Of a DNA stretch of 64,000 nucleotides, positions 49,109 through 58,100 are shown piece after piece. This stretch comes from Desulfobacterales bacterium (GTDB taxonomy: Bacteria > Desulfobacterota > Desulfobacteria > Desulfobacterales > UBA5616), in assembly GCA_046483495.1 (NCBI GenBank), contig JAWODC010000067.1, positions 1-64,000 on the forward strand, in the 5' to 3' direction. The position numbers were made by a program, and so were the translations under genes. How positions within the stretch are numbered: position 1 is the first letter of the stretch; every line of letters starts with the position of its first letter. A model generated the notes under the pieces. It saw only the letters and a program-made list of their open reading frames with translations, had not been told where the DNA came from and searched no databases.

Positions 49109-50473
49109 ATGGAGAGGTTCGAAAAATTGGCGAATAAGGATGGAATTGTCCTGGTTTCCGGCCTGATGATACTGGCGCTGCTGCTCATCATCGGTGCCAC
49201 CGCCTATATGCTCTCATCGTCGGATGTCATGATCAGCGCAAATTACAAGCACTCGGAAGCCGCCTTCGCCGACGCGGAAGCCGGGATCGATTTTGCAAAA
49301 GCGGCTATTGAAAATCATCTCGAGGGCGGGGGAAACCTGCCGGCCAACGTCGGTGATGTTATGGCTATACCGGCCACCGCACCGAGCGGCTTTTTATTTT
49401 CCTACTCCAATTTGGAAAAAACCGGGAATAATGCCTATACGTTTACGAGCACGGGAAATGGTCCTCAGGGGGCCACGGCATCGATCATTACCTCGATTAA
49501 ACGAAAACCGGTATTCGATTATGCAGTGTTCGGCGATGAGCAGGTGGATTTAAAAAGCAGCACCGGTGTTTTCAGCTACAACTCATCAGACGGGTTGCCG
49601 GACCCGGACGACGCTTCCTGGGACGACATGACCACGAGCACGGGCAACGGGGACGTGGGGTCCAACGGCGATGCGGATGCAAAGAATGACATTATTCTGA
49701 ACAGCAGTTGTTATGTGGATGGCGATTTGGCCCAGGGTGCCGACGGCAGTCCACTTGTCGAAGCGGTGGTCAAGAACTCGGGGGGGGTGTTTACCGGGGA
49801 AACAACGTCTGTCGGACCGGTGGACACGGACCCGCTGGATATCGTAAATGACAGTGATTTTTTAAATAAATTTGCCGACTATGAAGCTGCAAATGATAAC
49901 GCATCCATTACTGAGCCGGAAACAGGTGCGGCGTTGGATACGACCATTGCAGATGATGGTGTCGTTCTTACAGGGCCGGGTGATTATTATTTCGATTCCA
50001 TTCAATTGGGTAATGGTGATACCTTGACGATCGATGCCTCATCCGGTCCCATCAACATCTGGGTCAGGGGACCCGTGCTCGGTGATAACGGCTCCGAGTT
50101 CGCCATTCAAAACACCTCGGACACCAACAAAGTAAATATCAATGTTACCGAACCCTCCGGTTACGCCGGCTCAACGATTATCGATTTGAAAAACGGCGGT
50201 GATTTCAACCCGGGTGGACATCCCTCGCATGTTATGATCAAGACGGATTCGGATGCAACGGTTTCGATTCACAATGGAAACGATACCCGGGCGGTGATTT
50301 ACGCCCCGTTCGCTCATGTGGATTTTGACAACGGCAGTGCATTTTATGGGGCTGTCCTGGGAAAGACCATCGCACTTAGAAATTCCATGAAGGTGTATTA
50401 TGATGAAACCATCAAGGATTTGGCGGTTTCAAAAAAAGTGGAATTGACGTCATGGTACCAGAAGCTTGAATAG
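49109..50473 (+). CDS. PilX-like minor pilin with large acidic beta-rich C-terminal domain
   Basis: G-IVLVSGLMIL (no E5, as in PilX), AFADAEAGI, FTSTG; C-terminal AVIYAP..FYGAVLGK..YYDE. Confidence 0.85.
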   Translation: MERFEKLANKDGIVLVSGLMILALLLIIGATAYMLSSSDVMISANYKHSEAAFADAEAGIDFAKAAIENHLEGGGNLPANVGDVMAIPATAPSGFLFSYSNLEKTGNNAYTFTSTGNGPQGATASIITSIKRKPVFDYAVFGDEQVDLKSSTGVFSYNSSDGLPDPDDASWDDMTTSTGNGDVGSNGDADAKNDIILNSSCYVDGDLAQGADGSPLVEAVVKNSGGVFTGETTSVGPVDTDPLDIVNDSDFLNKFADYEAANDNASITEPETGAALDTTIADDGVVLTGPGDYYFDSIQLGNGDTLTIDASSGPINIWVRGPVLGDNGSEFAIQNTSDTNKVNINVTEPSGYAGSTIIDLKNGGDFNPGGHPSHVMIKTDSDATVSIHNGNDTRAVIYAPFAHVDFDNGSAFYGAVLGKTIALRNSMKVYYDETIKDLAVSKKVELTSWYQKLE

Positions 50474-50484
50474 AAAAATCCGTT

Positions 50485-51063
50485 TTAATCGTCTTCAAGC
50501 GACGAAGTCCACCAACTCGGGATCGATCCGTTGCTCCTGTTCTTGATAGTTTTCACCAGAGCCGTCTCCCTGTGGCGCAATTTCAAAAGCTCCTGGGTAA
50601 CTGATTCGATGTCTTTTTTTGTTCCATTATTTTTGGCCTCCATGAATCGTTCACCGGCCTGCCGGTACAACTGTTCCAACTCGTGTTTTTCAGCCAGGAA
50701 AAGAGCTTTTTCCTCAGGCGTGATCGAGGGCGCAGCGTCGGAAGTAACATCTGCTTTGCCATCTGCTTGTTCTTCCGGATCGATCTTTGTGGAAGCATCT
50801 GAAGCATTTAATTCGCTATTCGCATCGCTACTACTTATGTTTTCTTCCCATGTGCAAGGGTCGGAACTTTTGCGGATGACCTTCACCGTCTGCTTGTTAA
50901 AGGCGGCAACCCCCCCGTATAGAGTGCAGTGGACCTTGCCGTCTTCTTCCCAGTACTGGTCTGTCAAAAAGCGACTGCCGGTTTCCAATTCGATGATATA
51001 GGAAGAAAAACCGAATGACGGGATGAACATCACTATCGTCCATAGGATAAACGCTTTTTTCAT
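50485..51063 (-). CDS. Exported hypothetical protein
   Basis: Signal peptide MKKAFILWTIVMFIPSFGFS, small beta domain (YIIELETG..YWEEDGKV), helical C-terminus. Confidence 0.75.
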   Translation of the reverse strand: MKKAFILWTIVMFIPSFGFSSYIIELETGSRFLTDQYWEEDGKVHCTLYGGVAAFNKQTVKVIRKSSDPCTWEENISSSDANSELNASDASTKIDPEEQADGKADVTSDAAPSITPEEKALFLAEKHELEQLYRQAGERFMEAKNNGTKKDIESVTQELLKLRHRETALVKTIKNRSNGSIPSWWTSSLEDD

Positions 51064-51094
51064 ATACATCCTCTCGTGTCGGTCAAAGGGTGGT

Positions 51095-51215
51095 TAGAAG
51101 CGGTTTAGATGCCCGAAAGGCTTTTAAGCCGGGCTGAATACCTGTATTCTGCGGCATGCGTCTTGGTGAACTGCGCATAATATTGAATTTTAGGGGAAGT
51201 TTTAAACTGCTTCTA
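51095..51215 (+). repeat. Dispersed hairpin element, degenerate copy E (copy-A-type ends)
   Basis: TAGAAGCGGTTTAGA...TTTAAACTGCTTCTA (13/15 inverted match); internal GAATAC-CT-GTATTCTGCG resembles the family loop motif. Confidence 0.6.
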
Positions 51216-51392
51216 CCATGTTAAATCGGATATGTCAATAAAACGGCCCCGAAAAACACATCCATTGGAAACGGCTGTTCAGCAAAATACAAACGATGCA
51301 TGGCAAGTTATGCCGCATGGAATTGTCCCCCATCGATGTAGCGGGAAGTAAATTGAAGACGGATGCAGCACATGTTTGGGCGAACCGATGGA

Positions 51393-52118
51393 TTACCGAT
51401 TCGGGTCGGTCTCGTTATGGTTTTGCATGCGGCGGGTATGAAGGGCGAACCGAAACAAGTGCTTGAATTTATAAACAGCTTCTGATGCCAGGCTAAAATG
51501 GCTGGCTCGATTGTCACTGCATGCCACAGGTATTTCCAGAATCCGCCGTTTTTCTTCGATAGCATGAAAAAACAATTCGAGGACATAAGCCGTCCATGGA
51601 TCGAGATGATGTGCATGCTGCAAAACAAAACTGCGTCTATATGCTTTGGCGCCGATCGAAAAATCAGCGGCTGCGGCCCCCAAAACCATGGCAGTCGTAA
51701 AGATGAAAATATTGCTTCCCAAGGTTCTGAAAAATGTACGATCTTGATACTGCATCCGCTTGCAGCCGATTACCATATCGCATTTTTCTAAAAAATCGAG
51801 CGCAAGGGGTATAAAATCCAGTTCGACGGACAAGTCGGCGTCACAGGAGATGATAAATTCGCTGGAAGCCATGTCGGCCCCCTGAACGAAGGCGAGTCCG
51901 GGCCCTTTTCCGGGCAGATGAAATGATTTAATATTGCGGTTCTTGTTTTCCAGGGTCGAAATAATTTTCGGGGTGGCATCTGTGGAGCCGTTGCTGCCTA
52001 AGATGATATCTGCCTCGATCTCATGCTTTTTGAGATAATCCATCAGCCGATACGTATTTTTTTCGATGAGGTCTTCCTCATTATATAACGGAATAAAAAT
52101 CGAGCAGGTGGAATTCAT
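51393..52118 (-). CDS. GT2 glycosyltransferase, polyprenol-phosphate sugar synthase (DPM/DPG-synthase-like)
   Basis: IFIPLYNEE, SNGSTD, GPGLAFVQG, DADLS (DxD), DMVIGCK and GAKAYRR motifs. Confidence 0.88.
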   Translation of the reverse strand: MNSTCSIFIPLYNEEDLIEKNTYRLMDYLKKHEIEADIILGSNGSTDATPKIISTLENKNRNIKSFHLPGKGPGLAFVQGADMASSEFIISCDADLSVELDFIPLALDFLEKCDMVIGCKRMQYQDRTFFRTLGSNIFIFTTAMVLGAAAADFSIGAKAYRRSFVLQHAHHLDPWTAYVLELFFHAIEEKRRILEIPVACSDNRASHFSLASEAVYKFKHLFRFALHTRRMQNHNETDPNR

Positions 52119-54736
52119 GGCGTTTTCTTTTCCTGGATATACGTTCGTGCGTAATGCGTCCAGTTACTGTTTGGGAATCGACTAAAAAGCCGATCGGCAG
52201 CCTCCCGCGCTTTTTCCCGGTCACCCAAATTCATATGACTTTTCAATACATGGAAAAGCGCCTCCGGCGCAAAACGGCTGTCCGGGTAATCTTCTTTCAG
52301 GCGTGTAAAACTTGCAATCGTATTTGTATAATCCTTTTTCCGCCAGAAAGACAGACCCAAGTAATAAGCGGCATCATCCCCGTATCCGGAATCGGGGGCA
52401 ATGCTCAAGATCTTCTTAAAAACAGGAATGGCGCGGTCGAACTTTTCTGAGGAATAGTAACGAAGTCCGGTTTGCTTCAGTCTTTCCGGACTGTTGTTTC
52501 GTTTTTCATAAATACCATAGACCATTACGGTAATAATTATGGCCCAGCAGGCGGAGAATACAATCCTGCGTTTTTGGTTGGAAATAGGTGTCCGGGTGAT
52601 TTTCCAGTCACTATTGATCAGCCGGTTGACCGGTTTGGTCCATTTCAGCAGGCATACCATGATCGTCAATGCCGTAGCAGACAGACCGACCCACCCGGCG
52701 CCGCCTCTCTGGAAGACCATTTCGACATTTTCCCGGAAGGGGATGATCATCATAAAAGAGGGGGAAATGAGAAAGGGTCCCAGAGCTCCACTGCAGCGCC
52801 AGTTCGGATGATAGGAAACTTTAACGAGCAGGGGAATTCCAGGCTCTGATGTGGTGATGTCGATGCCGTTTCGAGTGATGCGGCTTTTTACGCGGACCGC
52901 TTGGCTGTTCAGCCCGATCCCGGGTATTTTTGCAAAGGTCGTAAATTCAGGTAGAGTGAGGATTTCAGGCCGTTTTTTTTCGGCGTCGTTCGGGTAAACG
53001 ATAAATGGCATATCTCTGTCGTATTTACGAAACCATTCGTAGGCATTTATTCGCCAGTTGCGGCGATCATGTTTGACCGGCCTGTATTTCAAGGGTGCCA
53101 CGTAACCCTCATCAACGGTTTGAAGGCTGAAGATGTCAATGTCTCCAAATCGCGCAACATGCTGAAGATCCTGGTGATCCCGTGCCGCTGATTTAATGGT
53201 GTCGCTGACGGCGATAAAATGGCCGATATGCATTAAATTAAAATGGTCGACCGCCCTGTCGAGGTTCGGAGTGGTATAGTTAAATTGGGGCAGCGGTGTG
53301 GAACTGACATCCGATATTTCGGATTGAAGGAAAAAAATGAACGGCGAGGATATCGAGGACTGAACGTAAAGCCCTTCAAGTGTCGATCGTCCGGAAAAAT
53401 GAGGAAGATTTTCGAAGGCACGGGTTGTACCGAAACGGTTTAAACTGGGGGAGTGTTCATAGGCAACCCTTGGATCGTTTTCATCTCCCTTAAGAAAAAA
53501 GTTGATGTGAAAAAATGTGGGCCATTCGCGCTTGTTTTCGAATCCCGAGTAGTTCCACCTGGACCAGCTCTCGGTGGATTGCTCATGGAGTTCGATCCAG
53601 GAACCGGTTCCCAGCAGTACGACGACAATGAAAACCGAGGATTTTTTGAGATATCGGGCTCCCCATCCGGCGGCTGAAGCTGAAATCAGCATCGGGAGAT
53701 ACTCTACATAAGGAAGAAAGCGGATATCCACGACATTGAGTTCATATGCGGTTTCATAAAGAATAACGGCAATGCCGATTCCAAACCACATATAAAGCAT
53801 CAGGCGTAAACTGTCCGAAAAAGGGGCTTTTTCCTTTTTTCTTTTGTAAATATTCAGTCCGGCGATAAAGAGCGTGCCGACGATCGAAAATATCAGAAAC
53901 GGCCATAGGATTGCCGGAAAAACCTCCTGAATTCCGGAAAATTGCCATAAAAAATTAAATTTGGTGGACCACCCGGAACCGGCCAGAAAAGGGAAAAACC
54001 AAAACGCCATAAACCCCAAAGCCAGTCCGTATATGCGCAATAGATACAGCATCCTTTTTCGAATTCCCGGCGCCGGGTTGAATAGAAAAAAGGAGGGCGT
54101 CAATACGGCGAACATCAACCCCACACCGTGACACAGCCCGATAATCCCCAGCAGCAGGCCGTTTGCAATCGTGTATCGAGAGCTATGGATATGACGGAAC
54201 ACTGAAAACAAAAATATAATGCTGAGACAGAAGGACAGCTGGAAACCGAACTCTCCCGCCATGTTGCTGAGGATATTGCCGCCCCACATTGAATTGCCTT
54301 CTGAAAACAGAAAAGCCAGGCTGAAAGCCGCACCCAAAATGGGTGCGGGAAAATTCTGCCGGCCGATTCGCAGCCCCAGATAACTGCATATCGGCAGAAG
54401 AAAAATGCCGACCACCGATATCAGCTTAAAGCTGATCTGCATGGGCATCGCAAAACTCAGTAAGACCATGCCTAAGAAAGGGAGGGGAAAATAAAACTGA
54501 AACAATGGAAATCCGCAGAAGTTTCCGGGGTACCAGCCGATCAGCCTGCCGGTTTTAAACAGCATTTCTTTTAAATATACCGCGGTCGGGTAATGGGAGG
54601 CCATATCGCCTCCGGCGGTAGTTGTTTTTTCAAACAGCAAAGGCCACTGCAGCTTGTCCGCGATGTAGAGAAGAATCAACAGCAGGAAGACGGCATCCAG
54701 AATTTCGGTCCAGTACTTTTCGACGGCCGTTTTCAT
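52115..54736 (-). CDS. Polytopic membrane protein, probable GT-C fold glycosyltransferase (PTPS-related/YfhO-like) with C-terminal TPR
   Basis: TM1 followed by the loop TTAGGDMASH, then GFPLFQFYFPLP, many TM helices, a periplasmic domain (RWNYSGFE, LVKVSYHPNW) and BamD/CpoB-like TPRs (DAAYYLG, YPDSRFAPEALF). Confidence 0.8.
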   Translation of the reverse strand: MKTAVEKYWTEILDAVFLLLILLYIADKLQWPLLFEKTTTAGGDMASHYPTAVYLKEMLFKTGRLIGWYPGNFCGFPLFQFYFPLPFLGMVLLSFAMPMQISFKLISVVGIFLLPICSYLGLRIGRQNFPAPILGAAFSLAFLFSEGNSMWGGNILSNMAGEFGFQLSFCLSIIFLFSVFRHIHSSRYTIANGLLLGIIGLCHGVGLMFAVLTPSFFLFNPAPGIRKRMLYLLRIYGLALGFMAFWFFPFLAGSGWSTKFNFLWQFSGIQEVFPAILWPFLIFSIVGTLFIAGLNIYKRKKEKAPFSDSLRLMLYMWFGIGIAVILYETAYELNVVDIRFLPYVEYLPMLISASAAGWGARYLKKSSVFIVVVLLGTGSWIELHEQSTESWSRWNYSGFENKREWPTFFHINFFLKGDENDPRVAYEHSPSLNRFGTTRAFENLPHFSGRSTLEGLYVQSSISSPFIFFLQSEISDVSSTPLPQFNYTTPNLDRAVDHFNLMHIGHFIAVSDTIKSAARDHQDLQHVARFGDIDIFSLQTVDEGYVAPLKYRPVKHDRRNWRINAYEWFRKYDRDMPFIVYPNDAEKKRPEILTLPEFTTFAKIPGIGLNSQAVRVKSRITRNGIDITTSEPGIPLLVKVSYHPNWRCSGALGPFLISPSFMMIIPFRENVEMVFQRGGAGWVGLSATALTIMVCLLKWTKPVNRLINSDWKITRTPISNQKRRIVFSACWAIIITVMVYGIYEKRNNSPERLKQTGLRYYSSEKFDRAIPVFKKILSIAPDSGYGDDAAYYLGLSFWRKKDYTNTIASFTRLKEDYPDSRFAPEALFHVLKSHMNLGDREKAREAADRLFSRFPNSNWTHYARTYIQEKKTP

Positions 54737-55557
54737 TGAACTTTTTTTCGATGGATAAGCGTATATAACTGAAAACCGATGTATACCAGCAAAAGCCCGG
54801 CGACGCCCCAGGCAAAAAACGGGTATGACAGAACGTCAAACACTGTTTTCTCATGAATAATGGATACTTTTCCGGTATAACCATGTTCATACCTGCCTGT
54901 CGGCCGCTCTTCGGAGATAACGGCCAGAACCGTATAAATGCTGGGCGGCAGGGCGGAAAAGTTCTGCACTTCAAAGGACTCATAAATCGTCGTATCCGCC
55001 GGGATGGAAAGGATTTTTACCGGGGTGCGGACGGTCAGCTCTTGGGGGGCAACGATACGCAACCGAATACGGTGGTCCTTTTGATCGAAACTCTTCATTT
55101 TTAAAACAAGCGATCCGTTTTGTGTCATTTGCACGTCTTCAATTTTACAGAATACGCGCGGCGAATCGGATGCAAATGAAACGGTTGCATATGAAACTGC
55201 GCTGAACGGATAACGGTTCTGATCTTTATACCGGGCGATTAACGGAACCACCATTTGGGAGCATTCAAAACCCCGTCTATACTCGAATCGTTTTGTCATA
55301 CAACTCCCGGCCGGTAATCGATCCTGCCGAACAATTGTTTTCTTTTCCTCAAAATCTGCTTCGATTTCAACATCATGGGCTGTTTCATCGCCGTTGTTAT
55401 ATAACTTGAAAGTGATCACCGCCGATCCGTCCCGAATGCTGCTGGAAACTGTTGAATCGATTGAAATGATACCGGCGGCACCGAACCGGGGAAGAAAAAC
55501 CAGGACGATCACAAAAACGAAGTAAGACAGGCGGCTTTTTATCACGATTTGGTTCAT
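54733..55557 (-). CDS. Exported protein with two beta-sandwich (Ig/CARDB-like) domains and a C-terminal TM anchor
   Basis: Signal peptide, LYNNGDETAHDV, YKDQNRYPFSAV, C-terminal hydrophobic helix plus basic tail; stop overlaps the next start. Confidence 0.75.
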   Translation of the reverse strand: MNQIVIKSRLSYFVFVIVLVFLPRFGAAGIISIDSTVSSSIRDGSAVITFKLYNNGDETAHDVEIEADFEEKKTIVRQDRLPAGSCMTKRFEYRRGFECSQMVVPLIARYKDQNRYPFSAVSYATVSFASDSPRVFCKIEDVQMTQNGSLVLKMKSFDQKDHRIRLRIVAPQELTVRTPVKILSIPADTTIYESFEVQNFSALPPSIYTVLAVISEERPTGRYEHGYTGKVSIIHEKTVFDVLSYPFFAWGVAGLLLVYIGFQLYTLIHRKKVQ

Positions 55558-55802
55558 TTTCCTAATGCCATTGGGAGCTTACATGTCGAATAGAGCAATA
55601 AAATTAAATGGTTGGAAAAAGTTCGCGTATTATGTCCGAACGTGCTGAAATTGTCAACAGATTCATTTTTATATCAAGCCATTGTCTTTCATTTCTTCCG
55701 CTCTTGTCTTCCGCTTTTTACTTGTCATTCATGAACACAAATTCTATCATCGATCAGAATGCCGTTGTTTTTTATACGCGGTCCAAATGAAGGAGGATGC
55801 CC

Positions 55803-56951
55803 ATGGTAAGCCCCATATATCTGGATTACAACGCAACCACCCCCCATGATCCCGAAGTCATTGCCGCCATGATGCCGTTTTTGAATGAAGCATTCGGCAA
55901 TCCCTCCAGCAGCCACTGGTACGGCATCACACCCAAACGGGCCGTAGAGGCCGCCCGAGCCCGGGTGGCGGGCCTGCTCAATTGCACCACCGATGAGATT
56001 ATTTTCACCAGCGGCGGAACCGAATCGAACAATCATGCCGTTTCAGGCATCGCGTGGGCCCGGAAGGACCGGGGAAATCACATTATCACCAGCACTGTCG
56101 AACACCCGGCGGTTTTCGAAGTGTGCGGAGCGCTTGAAAAACACGGGTTTGAAACCACATATGTCAATGTGGACGGGAACGGTCGCGTTAACATTGATGA
56201 GCTCGAGCAAGCGGTCCGGAAAGATACGGTTTTGATCACCATCATGCATGCCAACAACGAGGTGGGCACCATGCAGCCCATTGAAGACATTTCGGCTGTC
56301 GCTAAGAAAAACAACATCGTCATGCATACCGATGCGGCTCAATCCGTGGGAAAGATACCGGTGGACGTGTGCAGATTGGGTGTCGATCTGCTCTCCATTG
56401 CCGGCCACAAGGTGTATGCCCCCAAAGGCGTCGGCGCTCTGTTTATCCGCAGGGGTCTGGCACTGGAAAAATTCTGCCACGGGGCCGGGCAGGAAATGGG
56501 AAAAAGGGCGGGAACGGAAAACGTCCTGGAAATCGTTGGGCTTGGCAAGGCCTGTGAAATCGCCGAACGAGATATGGAAAGGAGTATGCGGCATATGAAA
56601 CATATGCGCGACCGGCTTTATGAAGGCCTGCAAAAAGCCGGCACCGTCACTCGACTGAACGGACATTTACACGATCGCCTGCCCAACACATTGAGCCTCT
56701 CGTTTAAAAACCTCGAAGCTAATCGTATTCTCGAAGAAATCGGGCTGGAAGTGGCGGCATCGGCCGGTGCGGCCTGTCATGCGGATGCAGTTGAGATTTC
56801 CCATGTCCTGTCGGCCATGAAGGTCCCCCTGGATTTTGCAAAAGGGACCCTGCGGTTCAGTGTCGGAAGAATGACGACTGCAGAGGAAATCGATCAAGCC
56901 ATCGATGTGGTGCTGCAGGCCGTAGAAAGTTTGTCGAGACAACGTGATTAG
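55803..56951 (+). CDS. Cysteine desulfurase / selenocysteine lyase family PLP enzyme (group I)
   Basis: YLDYNATTP, GNPSS, TSGGTESNN, HTDAAQ, AGHK, RAGTEN and SAGAACH motifs; RBS AGGAGG favours ATG 55803. Confidence 0.93.
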   Translation: MVSPIYLDYNATTPHDPEVIAAMMPFLNEAFGNPSSSHWYGITPKRAVEAARARVAGLLNCTTDEIIFTSGGTESNNHAVSGIAWARKDRGNHIITSTVEHPAVFEVCGALEKHGFETTYVNVDGNGRVNIDELEQAVRKDTVLITIMHANNEVGTMQPIEDISAVAKKNNIVMHTDAAQSVGKIPVDVCRLGVDLLSIAGHKVYAPKGVGALFIRRGLALEKFCHGAGQEMGKRAGTENVLEIVGLGKACEIAERDMERSMRHMKHMRDRLYEGLQKAGTVTRLNGHLHDRLPNTLSLSFKNLEANRILEEIGLEVAASAGAACHADAVEISHVLSAMKVPLDFAKGTLRFSVGRMTTAEEIDQAIDVVLQAVESLSRQRD

Positions 56952-57000
56952 AGGGTTTAGAGCGTTTTGATCGTTACGAGCGTTGTGAACGACGATCCCA

Positions 57001-57042
57001 ACGACCCATAACCCATCACCCATAACCCCTAACCCATCCCCT
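57001..57042 (+). repeat. Heptamer tandem repeat (consensus ATAACCC)
   Basis: ACGACCC ATAACCC ATCACCC ATAACCC CTAACCC ATCCCCT. Confidence 0.8.
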
Positions 57043-57047
57043 TTTTT

Positions 57048-57644
57048 TCATATATTGATCACCTTATCAGCAACCTGCATAGCGGTGACGATGTCCAGCA
57101 TATTCGTCGTTTCGCCGACCTGCTTGTGGCCCAGCAGATTGAAATGATCGAGACATGTTCCACATACGAGAATCGAAAGCCCCTCGTCCGCCATTTTTTG
57201 CAAATCGGCCAAGACCTCGGAGCCGTCCACCGCAAGCTTGACGCCGTTGTTTACCAGTACAAGCCGCCACAGGTCCGGTTTCATTTCCGGTAAGGTTCTG
57301 ATGAAATTCATCATTAATTTAAGCCCCAACCGGTCATCCCCGAAGCCGAGGCGGTCCGTAGACACCATGACCATGATCCGTTTCGGCAGGGTTTCTTCGG
57401 TTTCAACCGGCTGTTCCGGAAGGCTTTCCAGCGATTCACTCTGCCCGGAAATAACGAAATCCTCCCCCCTTCGATCAAATGCAACGCGGTATCCCCGGGA
57501 TGAGAGAAATCGCGAAATATTTTCCTTTGCGGCAGAATTGTCCACAAGAACGGTAATTTCCGAGGGATGATGATGTTCGATCTCCACCTTGGTTTGAAGG
57601 ACCGGCGTTGGACAGGCCAATCCCCTGGCGTCTATCTCCGGCAT
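57048..57644 (-). CDS. yedF: Selenium metabolism protein YedF (TusA/SirA + DsrE domains)
   Basis: IDARGLACPTPV (CPxP), GDDRLGLKLM..F, NNGVKL, LVCGTCL and VGETTNM motifs. Confidence 0.92.
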   Translation of the reverse strand: MPEIDARGLACPTPVLQTKVEIEHHHPSEITVLVDNSAAKENISRFLSSRGYRVAFDRRGEDFVISGQSESLESLPEQPVETEETLPKRIMVMVSTDRLGFGDDRLGLKLMMNFIRTLPEMKPDLWRLVLVNNGVKLAVDGSEVLADLQKMADEGLSILVCGTCLDHFNLLGHKQVGETTNMLDIVTAMQVADKVINI

Positions 57645-57657
57645 ATCGTTTTCTCCT

Positions 57658-57720
57658 TATTGCCTGTCCAAAAACGGCTGATGCACTCCATTTCTGTGTC
57701 GGCCTGAATATAATCCTCAA
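57658..57720 (+). repeat. Dispersed hairpin element, truncated copy F (left arm only)
   Basis: TATTGCCTGTCCAAAAACGGCTGATGCACTCCATTTCTGTGTCGG...AATCCTCAA matches the left halves of copies B and C. Confidence 0.75.
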
Positions 57721-58019
57721 GTTAATGATTTTCTTCGAGATTGTCTAATTGGAAATTTGAATGTCCTATATGGTGACCTATAGATGTTTTCAATGGCCGA
57801 GAAGGCCTGATCGTCTTCTTCGAAGTTAAAGGCTTGCAAACAACGAAAAGAATCCTATATTTTGAGTGTTGAAATTTCCTTATTTGATTTGCCTGTGTTA
57901 AGGTATAGTTCACGAGTCTTCAGCCGGAAAGATGATCGCTTTAACGGTTGATGATAACCAGCCTCCTCCCGTCTCGTTTAAGAAGCTGTACATTCTTCTT
58001 TTTCATAAGCCGGCGTGAT

Positions 58020-58079
58020 GGCGCAGAAATGCGGCAAGGAGGCCTAACTAGTGTCAATCCATTTATGGATGGACACTGA
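58020..58079 (-). repeat. Dispersed hairpin element, partial copy G including a 30-bp mini-palindrome
   Basis: Shares the exact 21-mer CCATTTATGGATGGACACTGA with copy D; TAGTGTCAATCCAT-TT-ATGGATGGACACTG at 58049-58078; CGCAGAAAT motif upstream. Confidence 0.7.
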
Positions 58080-58100
58080 CTACAGATCTGATAACGAAAA

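Noticed and set aside
55803..57644. Selenocysteine (UGA) readthrough or NifS-SelD fusion
   Set aside because: The NifS-like gene ends in TAG with a second TAG shortly after. yedF is full length with Cys at its motifs and its TGA is at the expected C-terminus.
57722..57913. 63-aa ORF in the AT-rich insert as a transposase or toxin remnant
   Set aside because: No recognisable motif in the frames I translated, and no clear RBS.
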